From: the human T2T-CHM13v2.0 reference genome, Homo sapiens
Direction: 5' to 3' (one strand)
NCBI RefSeq assembly: GCF_009914755.1
Contig: NC_060938.1
Length of the DNA stretch: 64,000 nucleotides
The position numbers and the translations under genes are program-made. Positions 49,101 to 62,659 of the stretch are shown here, one piece after another. Position 1 is the first letter of the stretch. The number at the start of each line of letters is the position of its first letter. Below the pieces are notes generated by a model. It saw only the letters and a program-made list of their open reading frames with translations, made no database searches and had not been told where the DNA came from.

Positions 49101-50541
49101 AGAAGCTTTTTATTTTGATGTAACCTCATTTGTCTATTTTTGTTTTTCTTGCCTTAGCTTTTGCCTACATCAATGTTGTGTAGTTTTTCCCTTATGTTTT
49201 CCTTTCTAGTAGTTTTACAGCTTTAGGTCTTATGTTTCAGTGTTTAAACTATTTTTAGTTGATTTTTTGTATATGGTATGAAGTAAGGGTATAAGTTCAT
49301 TCTTCTGCATATAGATACCCAGTTTTCCCAATACCATTTATTGAAAAGACTGTCCTTTCCCCATTGTGTGTTCTTGGCAGCTTCGTCAAAATATTAGGTG
49401 ACTGTGTATCACCTGCGGATTTGTTTCTGGGCTCTGTATTCTATTCCATTGGTTTATGCATCTGTTTTTATGCCAGTATCATGCTGTTTTGGTTACTATA
49501 ACTTTACAGTATACTTTGAGGTCAGGTAGTATGATGCCTCCAACTTTGTTCTTTTGGGTCAAGACTGCTTTGGCTATTCCAGGTCTTTTGTAGTTTCCAT
49601 ACGTATTTTAGGATTGTTTTTTCTATTTCTCTGAAGGATGTCATTGTTATTTTGATAAATCCATAGCTTGTTTTGGGTAGTGTGAACATTTTAACAATAT
49701 TAATTATTTGAATCCACGAATGCAGGATTATCTTTCCATTTATTTCTGTCTTCAAATTTTTTCATAAATGTTTTATGGCTTCATTGTAGATATCTTCCAC
49801 ATCCTTGGTTAAATTAATTCTTAAGAATTATATTTTTTTATTTTGGAGCTATCATAAATAAGATTGTTATCTTGAATTCTTTTCAGACAGTTGATTATTA
49901 CCACATAAAAGTGCTGCTGATTTTTGTATGCTGATTTTGTATTCTGCAACCTTACTGAATTCACTTATCACTTCTAAGAGTTGTCTTGATAATGTTTTTA
50001 TGTTTTTCTCTATATAAGATCATGTCATCTGCAATGAGAAACAATTTGACTTCTTCTTTCCCAATTCAAATGCCTTTTATTTCTTTCTCTTGCTGATTCT
50101 CTGGCCAAAACTTCCAGTACTATATTAAATAGGTGTTGTGAAAGTGAGAATCCTTGTCTTTTTTCAGTTCTTAGAAGAAGGATTTTCTGTTTGTCCTATG
50201 TCAGTATGATTTTCACTGTGAGTTTCTGATATATGGCCTTTATTATGTTGAGGTATGCTCCTTCTATGCCTAAATGTGTTTAATTTTTATCATGAAGCAA
50301 TGATAAATTTTATCAGATGCTTTTTTTTTGCATCTATTGAAATGATCATATACTTTTTGTCTTTTATTCTATTAGTGTAATGTATCAAACTTTTTGATTC
50401 ATTTATACTGAATAACCCTTGAATTCCTGGAATAAAACCCACTTGGGTGTGGCAAACTGTCTTTTTAATGTGTTGTTGGATTCAGTTTGCTAGTATTTTG
50501 TTAAGAATTTTTGCATTTATGATCATGTTATTGCCTTGTAA

Positions 50542-50986
<445 letters not shown>

Positions 50987-51412
50987 TTTTCTTTTTTTTA
51001 AATTTATGTTAAACTTCGGTATGTATGTGGTAGGTGCATATATTTATTGAGTACATGAGATACTTAGATACAGGCATGCCATGCATAATAATCACATAAT
51101 GGTAAATGGGGTATCCATTCCCCTCAAGCATTTTTATCCTTTGGGTTACAAGCAATTCAATTACATTCTTTTAGTTACTTTAAAATGTACAATTAAATTA
51201 TGATTGACAATAGTCATCCTCTTGTGCTATTAAATACTAGATTTTATTCATTCTTTCTAACTACTTTTTGTGCCCATTAACCATCCCTACCTGCCCTCCC
51301 ATCCCCCTAACCACTATCTTTCTCAGTTTCTGGTAACTTTCCTTCTACTCTATATCTCCATGAGTTCAATTGTTTTAATTTTTAGCTCCCACAAATAAAT
51401 GACAACATACAA

Positions 51413-53882
51413 AGTAGGATTTATCCCAGGGAGGCAAGAATGGTTCAGTATATGCAAATCAATCAATATGATAAACAATCAACAGTATGAAGCAGAATAA
51501 CCATATGATCATTTCAACTGATGCTGAAAAATTTGATAAAGTTCAACATCCATTCATCATAAAAATTCTAAAAATCTGGGTATAGAAGGAGCAAACTGCA
51601 ACATAATAAAAGCCATATATGACAGACCCACAGATAGAATTTTGATGAATGGAGAGAAACTGAAAACCTTTAAAATCTGGAGCACAACAAGAATGCCAAC
51701 TTTTACCACTTTATTGACTATAGTACTAGAAGTCCTAGATAAAGCAGTCAGACAAGAGAAAGAAATAAAAGGCATCCAAATTGGAAAGGAAGAAGTCAAA
51801 TTATCCTTGTTTGCAGATGATGTGATCTTATATTAGGAAAGACCTAAAAACTCCACCAAAACACTATTAGAACTGATAAACAAATTTAGTAAAGTTGCAG
51901 GATACAAAATCAACATATAAAAGTCAGTAGCATCTCCATATGTCAACAGTGAACTGTCTGAAAAACAAATCAAGAAAGTAATCCCATTTACGATAGCTAC
52001 AAATAAAATTAAATACCTAGGAATTAACCAAAAAAGTGAAAATCACTACAATGAAAACTATAAAACATTGATGAAAGAAACTAAAGAAGACACAAAGAAA
52101 TGGAAAGATATTCCATGTTCATGAATTGAAACAGTCATTGTTAAAATGTTATGCTACCAAAAGCAATCTACAGATTCAATCTCTATCAAAATACCAATGC
52201 CATTCTTCACAGAAATAGAAAAATCAATCCTAAAATTGATATAACCAAATGACCCAGAATACCCAGAGCTATCCTGAACAAATAAACCAAAACTGGATGA
52301 ATCACATTACCTGACTTTAAACTACACTATAAAGCTATGGTAACCAAAAGAACATGGTACTGGCATAAAAAACAGACCCATAGGTCAATGGAACAGAATA
52401 CAGAACCCAGAAGCAAATCCGTATATCAATAGTGAACTCATTTTCTACAAAAGTGCCAAGAACATACATTGGGGAAAGAACAGTCTCTTCAATAAATGGT
52501 GCTGGGAAAACTGGATATCCATATGCAGAAGAATGAAACAAGACCCCTATCTCTTGGCATATACAAAAATCAAATTAAAATGGATTAAAGGTTTAAATCT
52601 AAGACCTCAAAAAATTAAACTACTAAAAGGAAACATTGGGGGAAACTCTCTTAGACATTGGTCTGGGCAAAGATTTCTTGAGCAATACTCCACGAACACA
52701 GGCCACCAAAGCAAAAACGGACAAGTGGGATCACATCCAGTTAAAAAGCTTCTGCACATCCAAGGAAAAACAATCAACAATGTGAAGATTCAACCCACAG
52801 AATGGGAGAAAATATTTGCAAACTGCCCATCTGACGAGGGATTAATAACCAGGAAACAACTCTATAGGAAAACAACCTAATAATCTAATTTAAAAATGGG
52901 CAAAGGATCAGAATAGCGATTTCTCAAAAGACAATACAAATAGCAAACAGATATATAAAAAGGTGCTCAACACATTGATCATCAGAGAAATGTACCTCAC
53001 AGCTACAATGAGATATCATCTCACCCCATTTAAAATGGCTTTTATCCAAACACAGGCAATAACAAATGCTGGTGAGGAAGAGGAGAAGAGGGAACTCTCA
53101 TACTTTGTTGGTGGGAATGTGAATTAGTACAACCACTATGGAAAACAGTTTGGAGATTCCCCCAAAAACTAAATGTAGAGCTACTTTATGATCCTGCAAC
53201 CTCATTGCCAGACGTAGACCCAAAAGAAAAAATAGCGGTATAACAAAGAGTTATCTGCATTCTCATGTTTGTTTTAGCTTTGTTCACAATAGCCAAGATT
53301 TGGAAACAACCTAAGTTTCCATCAATAGATGAATGAATAATGAAAATGTGGTACATACATATACAATAGAGTACTATTCAGCCATAAAAAGAATGAGATC
53401 GTTTGCAACAACATGGACGGAAATGGGGATTACTGTGTTAAGTGAAATAAGCCAGGCACAGATAGACAAACTTCCCATATTCTCACTTATTTGTGGGAAC
53501 TGAAAATTAAAACGATCGAATCATGCAGATAAAGAGTAGAATGATGGTTACCAAAAACTGAGAAGGATGGTGGAGGTGTGGGATGGGGAAAAATGGGGAT
53601 AGTTATGGGTAAAAAAAAAAAAAAGAATAAATAATATTTAGTATTTGATAGCACAACAGGGTGAATATAGTCAATAATGATTTAATTGTCATTTAAAAAT
53701 AACCAAAAGAATATAATTGGATTGTTTGTAACACAAAAGATAAATGCTTGAGGGGACGAATACCCCATTTACCATGATGTGATTATTATGTATTATATGC
53801 CTGTACCCAAATATCTCATACTCTATAAATATATACACCCACTATGTACCCACAGAAATAAAAAATAACAAAACAAAAAAAA
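51413..53882 (+). mobile_element. 5'-truncated L1MA element (ORF2 RT to 3'UTR and A-tail)
   Basis: Degenerate RT (LFADDVILY), L1MA 3'UTR, A-rich tail. Confidence 0.85.
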
Positions 53883-54529
53883 TTGTTTAGCAAGCCCAGC
53901 TAAGGGTCATCTGACTCTCTAGCAAATGTGATTTTGTTTAACTTACTATATATGAATTATGGAATCTCAGACATTGTATAATTACATATAGCTAGATGTT
54001 ATAGAAAACTGCTACATTGTATCTTTTTAGCGTGGTAGAAAAGATAATCCCAAAGATTAAGGTCGTATTGCCCCTTTTTAGAGCTGTATGAAAGAATATG
54101 AATATTTTTGTGATGTTGATATTTTTTAACTTTTAAGTTCAGAGGTACACATGCAGGTTTGTTATATAGGTAAATCTGTGTCATGAGACATTAACTGGAT
54201 TACATCAAATTTAACAATTTTATTTTAGTGTTCATTTTTTGCTCTGATTATGTAAAATCACACTTTTCATATTCTTTTTGGAATGGACTTTGTTATCTTG
54301 CTATCCCTCATTAATTAGTTAAATACAGTTTTTGATGCATTCATTATGTATTTGTTTGAGAATTATGTTTTATGATATTTAAAAAATAGACTTTGACAGT
54401 CTATAGAAAATTAAATTACTAATGACAACAGATGTGTTTTCTGGATACGATCCATGAATAAATGCCAGTAGGTAAGCTGCTTGAGGTTTCAAGAAATCAG
54501 GTGTTGTATCAAGACTCTATATTACCTTA

Positions 54530-54597
54530 AAGGATAAATACCAAGCTATCCCTGGAATTATCCCAGAGATAAATACCTTAGCTTGGTATTTATCCTT
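54530..54597. repeat. Perfect 19-bp inverted repeat with 30-nt spacer
   Basis: aaggataaataccaagcta (54530-54548) / tagcttggtatttatcctt (54579-54597). Confidence 0.97.
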
Positions 54598-54779
54598 CAG
54601 CTTCTGCTACTTCAAGGAGCATGATTGAGATAAAAACCAGTGAGAGTCTTCTTCAGATACAGACTGAGGCATGGAAAATGGATGGCATATACAAATAAAT
54701 CAATGACAAATTACAAATTAATCAATCCAAAGTAAGTAAAATAAGTGGGTTCTGATATGCAACATGTCTAATTGCTTCA

Positions 54780-55130
54780 GAGCCTGCAGGTCCCAAGGTC
54801 AACTTCCTAGCAAGAACTAAATTTAACACAACTCAAACAGCAGCAGCCTAGGGAATCCCAGGGCTCATTAAGCTAAGTAGTGTTGTAAGAACCACAGAAA
54901 CCTGATACAGCTAGAGTCCTAGGGATAGGAGATATTTCCAGTTCATACAGCCAGCCCTCAACTAGGGCTTGGCTTATAAGGAAGCAGTTAAGACATGTGC
55001 TGGGCAGCTGCGATGATCATCTGAGGATAGCCCATTTTGCTGGCCTGAGGCTGAAGAGAGGGTTGATAGGATGAATGGCAGGATAAAATCTTCCTTCCTT
55101 GAAACCACATAGCTTCTGACAAGCAAAGAT
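54780..55130 (+). promoter_or_regulatory. Candidate OR4Q3 promoter and first exon
   Basis: Adjacent EBF and homeodomain sites TCCCAGGG-CTCATTA (54856-54870), further O/E-like sites (54847, 54917), TATAA at 54975, donor GAT|gtaggt at 55130/55131. Confidence 0.55.
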
Positions 55131-55542
55131 GTAGGTTTCTCAGATATGTTTATTCAAAACTCCCCTCCCCTTCCTGCTCCTCTGTTTGATGCTATTTTTA
55201 TGTTTACTGTTGTCCTCACTCTTTTTCTCTATATACTCTGGCATTGATCATTTTTAAATTTAAGAGATCATTTGAGTTTTTTGTTTTAAATTTACTCTTA
55301 GAAACATTCACAGAACAGTGAAATTCCTATAGCATCAAGGAATTCTAGGGCTAGTGGCATCTTAGAAGACAGTTGCAATATTTGGATAAGATAGGCCCAA
55401 ATTCACATAATGGAAGGCATGGGTTTCATGGCAATATTTTCTTAAGACTACCTAATTCTGCTATAGTCCCTTCTAGATTCTGTTTTCCATTTCTTTAATT
55501 ATTAAAGTTTCTTTTTACTAAAATCCTCTTTATGTTCCACAG

Positions 55543-55631
55543 GTACAATATAGAATGCAATGTTTCAAACAAGGCCAAAGAAGTTTAGAGCAGAAAGATT
55601 GTTTCTTTCTCAATAGAGAATACCACTGTAG
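55543..55631 (+). other. Candidate OR4Q3 5'UTR cassette exon
   Basis: Branch-like tactaaa plus tcctctttatgttccacag| acceptor; donor position uncertain. Confidence 0.4.
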
Positions 55632-58600
55632 GTACCATCTTCAACTAATGGTGTGTCCACTTCTTGGTTTTCAGGAGAAATTTAAAAATGCATCAAATGT
55701 GTCTAAAAGGAATTCATATGCAATTGAAACTCCAGCTAGCCAATCATTTTCTATTGTTGAGGTAGTCAAATTTCCTCCTCTAATAATGCATTTAGCTCCA
55801 CACAGACCAAAATAAATACAAGACAAACATAATAGCAAAATATGGTATACTGTTATGCTTAAAACACACACATGCACAAGTACCAGGAGAAAAATTTTAC
55901 TCCTTTTCTTCATATTTTCCTCATAAACATCTCCGGTTCCCTGTTTAGAAAGAAGAGAGACCAGCTGCTTAGCTGTACACAAGTAGCCTTTGATATTTAA
56001 GGTGTTTTGGTTTGTCCTCTTCTCTCCAAGCAGGACCCTTCCATGAAGACTTTCATTTTGCATTAAGCATTCTCAATTTTTTTGGCTCATTTTGTGTACT
56101 TAAAAATATTTTTATTGACTTTTTCACATTCTTAGGTTATTTTTAGGATATGAAACATGAAATGCTTGATAAGGTCTCATCTTACTGCTAATGGGATAAT
56201 GAAGCTGGTGTTTTTGAATGTGGCTTTCCAAGCCCTGCAGGGCTTTGGCAAGGGAAATTATGTTGTGACTGGGGTTAGTTTTGGGGTGTAGACATTCCTT
56301 CATGTTGATGGGTGTATTGTTCTTTTCATTCTTCACAGAACAGTCACAGGCTTAATTTCTTATTGTGATCAGACTTCAGAAACACAGAAGCTGGGAGATG
56401 ACTCTACCAAATGTGGAAATGTTACTAAACCTAAAAGGGAGCTTTCTATATTGTTTAGTATTATGTTTCATATTGTCTGAGGATTGCAAATTTATTGTCA
56501 TTAAAAAAATCCAAGAATAACCAGAATCCAGCCCTTACCTTGATTAAAACTCAAATAACTGACATACAGGGCTGCCTATTTTTATCTTATGTGATTGTAA
56601 AGATTTTTATATCATTATTAATCCAAATCTTATCAGAGTAATCACCTAGGAACTGTCCAGAATATTTATAGTACTGAAATTTCCTAATATTAAATCTTAC
56701 TTTAAACAAGTAGGCAATAAACTCAGGCTTATAAATAGTTTGTAGTAATTTGGGTTAAAATATATTTTACATATTCTTCCCTTATTTAATCTATCCTTCT
56801 GATTTATTTAATTTTAATATTGTCTGTTTTAGTATAATCTTTTCTTTCTCAGCATATGTTCGGTGGAAAAAACAAGTGTACCATACACCTTTGGTATACT
56901 ATGCCTTCACATTAGGAAATAATCACTTTGTTTCTCAGCCATATTCTGAGACTAAATTATAACATTGTGTAGGATTATGTGTTCCCATTGTTTTCTGGCT
57001 TCTAGAAACCTTTTTTAATTAAAAAAATAACTTTGGTTTCTCTTTCTCAGACTTTTCCAGTTTTCCCAAGATTATTTTAAAAATTAGATCAATAATTTTA
57101 ATGAGACTTGACCCCTGTTAATTATACATTTTAGATAACTGAAAAGAACATCAAAATGAGATTTTCTTATGGAAATTTACAATCCTTGGTGCATCCAAAA
57201 AAGATTAGAGAATTTTCAATATAGCAGAGCTCAAGTGAGGCTGTACATGTAACAGCAAATCGTTCCCTAACTTGTATTTCTTTCTTTGTTTTATTTTCCA
57301 ATTGACTCTAGAAAGTGAGGTGATTCCTTCTATCAGTTATGAGATTATAGATTTAGATACACCTGTGCACTCGGCTATATAGGCAGATGAAGAGGATGGT
57401 CACAATCATGGTGTGACAGAGGCATCCAAAGGTGGCTTGAGTCCCAAATCTCTCTCTCACTGGCTTATCTTGGAATAACATCCTAGAGAAAGTTTTGTTG
57501 TCATTAGAGGTTTTCATTTTTAGAATTTAAGTACTTTTCTGCATTGTCTATGTAAATACCTGATATCTAGTATGAAGGATTTTATTGGATAACATTCTCT
57601 GAATGACTTGATAGAACCCAGTGCAACATGGATTACAAAGCTTGGGACACAAAATAAAATTTTGTCTTATTTCATATTTTGTCTATAGCTGGTTTTAGAT
57701 AAAAAAATATTCTAGACAGGCATCTACTAATTTTTAACTACTTCAATGGAAGAAATGTATCAATGTTCTCTGATTTTCTGTTTGTAATCCAAGGTACTGT
57801 CATCAAATGTTGGGGATGAATATGAGTGTAGAGCAGGGGAAAATGGATCTAACAATATCTTAGCAAATCTTCTTTATTTTCTTATGTATCTATGGTTGTT
57901 GAAAAGTCCAGAAGCAACACAACTCTGGTTTCTCTTATTACTCTGTCCTGTAAAGGGTCATGGTGGGCTTTTGTGCATGCCTCCGTGATATGGGTCATGG
58001 CTCTTGGTCTCTTCTCTTGGTGATTAGTGTCTTTTAATCATTATCCTACTCATCCCGAGTCTGACGCTTCCCTAAATCTTAAAGATTGAGACTATTGCTT
58101 CTTACCTCATTTTTACAAACTTCCTAATTTCTGTGACCTGGGATAGTAAAGACAAAAAATATGAGCTCTGTTTCAATCCTTCCTAAATGATTTGTTTCCT
58201 AATATATTTATTCATAGTAACTACTAACCTTTGTACAACATAGCAATTTGTTGTTTACAAAACATTCTTCCTTCGATTTGATAAATTATTGAGCTTCTGC
58301 TATGCAGTAAGTATTGTGTTGCGGATACAAAGATGAGTAAGATATTTCCTCATCTTGAGAGATTTAGTTTTTTTTATGGTGCACATAGGCATTACATTTG
58401 ATTCTCAAAACAATCTTGGGAGATATTATTAACTGTGCATTAAATTGAATAACCAAGGAATAAAATTCAGAGAGGTTTATTTTCTTGCCTGAGAGTACTC
58501 CATTGATAATGGTGGAGCTAGGCATTCAATCTAGATACTCCATTCCAGAACTTTTGTCCTTAGAGGACATTATTCTGTCTATTAAAAGAAATGGAAAGAT

Positions 58601-58886
58601 TAGCACTTATCACCTAATGTCCACGTCATTGTGTTTCTTTCTTGTTTATTGTGAATGCAATTTAAAAGCACTACAGGAATAAAGAGTTGGAAGAAATGAA
58701 CAAAATTCCTCATTCTATCAATATAAGAGTGTACTGCCTATATTACCCGATAAAACTTGCTAAAATAATTTTTATGTAATTTATATATTATATACTATAT
58801 GTATATAGTGTACACATATATATCTACCTTAAATCTCCCTTGTTCTGATTTAATTCTTCTTTAGGTCACTTGATATTCTTGGCTTG

Positions 58887-59828
58887 ATGAAAAAAGAACA
58901 AGATTCTAATGTGACAGAATTTGTTCTTCTGGGCCTATCATCTTCTTGGGAGCTGCAGCTATTTCTCTTCTTACTATTTTTGTTTTTTTACATTGCTATT
59001 GTCCTGGGAAACCTCTTGATAGTGGTAACAGTGCAAGCCCATGCTCACCTGCTCCAATCTCCTATGTATTATTTTTTAGGTCATCTCTCTTTCATTGACC
59101 TATGCCTGAGCTGTGTTACTGTGCCAAAGATGTTAGGGGATTTCCTACAGCAGGGCAAGAGCATCTCTTTTTCAGGATGCCTGGCCCAGATCTACTTCCT
59201 CCACTTTCTAGGAGCCAGTGAGATGTTTTTGCTGACAGTCATGGCCTATGACAGGTATGTTGCCATCTGTAACCCTTTGCGCTACCTTACAGTCATGAAC
59301 CCCCAGCTATGCCTTTGGTTGGTTCTTGCCTGCTGGTGTGGGGGTTTTATCCACTCTATCATGCAGGTCATACTAGTCATCCAGCTGCCTTTCTGTGGGC
59401 CCAATGAACTGGACAACTTCTACTGTGATGTCCCACAAGTCATCAAGCTGGCCTGCATGGACACCTATGTGGTAGAGGTGCTGGTGATAGCCAACAGTGG
59501 TCTGCTGTCTCTTGTCTGCTTCTTGGTCTTACTATTCTCTTATGCTATCATCCTGATCACCCTGAGAACACACTTCTGCCAGGGCCAGAACAAGGTCCTC
59601 TCTACCTGTGCTTCTCACCTGACAGTGGTCAGCCTGATCTTCGTGCCATGCGTATTCATCTATTTGAGGCCTTTCTGCAGCTTCTCTGTGGATAAGATAT
59701 TCTCCTTGTTTTACACAGTGATTACACCTATGTTGAACCCCCTCATCTACACACTCAGAAATACTGATATGAAGACAGCTATGAAGAAGCTGAGGATAAA
59801 ACCATGTGGCATTCCATTGCCTTGTTAA
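58887..59828 (+). CDS. OR4Q3: Olfactory receptor OR4Q3, 313 aa (possibly 321 aa with an intron-split ATG)
   Basis: MKKEQDSNVTEFVLLG..., SPMYYFL, MAYDRYVAIC, STCASHL, PMLNPLIYTLRN; acceptor ttcttctttag| at 58864. Confidence 0.95.
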   Translation: MKKEQDSNVTEFVLLGLSSSWELQLFLFLLFLFFYIAIVLGNLLIVVTVQAHAHLLQSPMYYFLGHLSFIDLCLSCVTVPKMLGDFLQQGKSISFSGCLAQIYFLHFLGASEMFLLTVMAYDRYVAICNPLRYLTVMNPQLCLWLVLACWCGGFIHSIMQVILVIQLPFCGPNELDNFYCDVPQVIKLACMDTYVVEVLVIANSGLLSLVCFLVLLFSYAIILITLRTHFCQGQNKVLSTCASHLTVVSLIFVPCVFIYLRPFCSFSVDKIFSLFYTVITPMLNPLIYTLRNTDMKTAMKKLRIKPCGIPLPC

Positions 59829-60783
59829 GGAATGAGCAGAAGAGGTGATTTGAAAAACACACTCTTTCTTGGAAGACTCTTAACTCATCTTGTACATGGG
59901 TAAAAACCACTTTGATGACGTTGGTATAAAAGAGGAGATAGCATAAAGATTATAATGGATCACTCTTGATTACAATTTAAAAGCATAGGTGGCACTCTAG
60001 AAAGCCACCTATGCCTTTTGACCATAATCAAGAGAACTCAGGAACTCAGTAGAATTTACTGGCCACAAACGATAACAAGCATTAATTGAAAGATCAACTT
60101 TTCTATCTTTATGTCTCTAAGTACTGTTCATTTATTCAATTTTTTCCACTTTTTAATCTATTCAAATGAAAGAAGATATATCTCTTTTTGTGTTCAGTTC
60201 CTCCAGCATTTAATGATTCCTAGTGTTAGGAAGTTCCTTCTGATGTCTCATCAGATCCTTTTCTGAAGTAGTGTGAATTTCTTTGTTCTGTTATAACAAA
60301 GCCTGAGAACAGTAACAACCACCTATGTGTAGTATTTACCTCAGAACTGTGTTCCACAGTGTCCCAAGTTTTAGAAATGTAGTCAGGCATCAGTCTAATG
60401 AACATATGCTCTTAACAAAGTTTATGCGTGAGAGAAAGGAAGTCCAGGAGTGCAGGGGTGATGGAAGCTGTTAGTATTCTGTTGTAGAGGCTTCTCAAGA
60501 AGAGGTACCTAGTTTCACACTGAGTTTTACTTTGATTGGAATTACAGTGGGGGTGAATAGATAAGCTGGCTCTTCAACTGACCATAATGTTTAAGAGTTT
60601 TAACCTCTAAAGGAACAGAGGAAGAAATGAACTGTGATTGAAAGCACTCATTTTTGAGATGCTCACAGTTATTACCTCTGAGTCTCAAACATGCTTTGAG
60701 GAATAAATTTACTTAACTTCATTTTTGAGAATGAACTCAGAGTTAAGTGACTTGCCCATGACCACTTAGAAGAAATGCAATCA

Positions 60784-61100
<317 letters not shown>

Positions 61101-61151
61101 AAGAAAGCTAATAATTATATAATTAAGTTAATATTTTATTTCTCCTCAGAA

Positions 61152-61310
61152 AGAGTATTTATCCCAATTATACAGATTGCTTCTTTCTTTCTTTTTCTTT
61201 CTTTCTCTCTCTCTTTCTTCTTTCTCTCTTTTTCTCTTTTTCTTTCTCTTTCTTTCTTTCTCTCTCTTTCTCTATTTCTTAGAGTATTTATCCCAATTAT
61301 ACAGATTACT

Positions 61311-61346
<36 letters not shown>

Positions 61347-61427
61347 TTTCTTTCTTTCTTTCTCTCTCTCTTTCTTCTTTTTTCTCTTTTTCTTTCTCTC
61401 TCTTTCTCTCTTTCTTTCTTTCTTCTT

Positions 61428-61439
<12 letters not shown>
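61152..61439. repeat. TC-rich low-complexity tract with a duplicated ~30-bp unique segment (period 129)
   Basis: agagtatttatcccaattatacagatt at 61152 and 61281, each followed by (TTTC/TC)n. Confidence 0.9.
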
Positions 61440-61750
<311 letters not shown>

Positions 61751-62659
61751 TAGGAGCTTCAGAGCTGGAAAATCCCTAAAAAGGTTAACTTAAGCATTTA
61801 TATTTAAGATTATCCATCTCTGACATAGGATCCTTGCAATATTTTATGGCTATGAAAATGTGTTTATTCTATTTACTATATAATAAGATAATGACAAACT
61901 TTTACAATGTTTTTTATATTTTGTCACTTTATCTCCTAATGAATTGCCATAGAGAGGCTTTTATGATTACTTAGCTGAAAAATATACCTGTGAAAAAAAT
62001 GTCTGAAACTCCATCTAATACTAGGATATACTGGAAAATTGCAATAACCCTGGTCGTGTAAGAGCTTTCTTGATATAGGGACAAAATATGTATTTTTATT
62101 TTTGTGTTGGGAGTTAATGACTTTATATTTAAGAAGCCATATATATGTATGTGTATATGTATATATTGCTATAGAAGGACTCCTCACAGACTAGGAACTA
62201 GGCTGCCATTTGGGAGATTTCTAAATAGTGTGGGTGAGGGTGAGAATGACATACCTGGAACATCATGTTCTTCTCTTTAGCTTCACTCTACTCAACATTT
62301 TCAGGGTTTTTTGCATACGATGAATATCCTGAAGAGCAGTATGATATCCCGAAGATAATATGTTGGATATCCTGAAGTGCAGGAAACTGCCCAAGAGTAC
62401 TGCGTGAGTTACAGAAAGATTTGAGTGGTGCTAGGGATTACCAGGCATGTTTCAAGGACATAGAGCTCCAGGCTTTCTCTTGGTATAAGCCGGCTGCAAC
62501 ATCCCTTTTTTCTGATGTTCTCTTTCATAGCAAAATGTATAGTCTTGGCAAATCATTTTAAATGTCCAGTTGATAGCTGGAATTGGTAGCATTATTTTAA
62601 GAAAAGCAAGAGCTTTTTATATTCCCTTTTGCATTTTCAAGTCTCTGTTTGTTTCCAGG

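Noticed and set aside
59590-59615. OR4Q3 KVLSTC as a damaging variant
   Set aside because: Leu fits the family-4 KALSTC consensus; at most a common polymorphism
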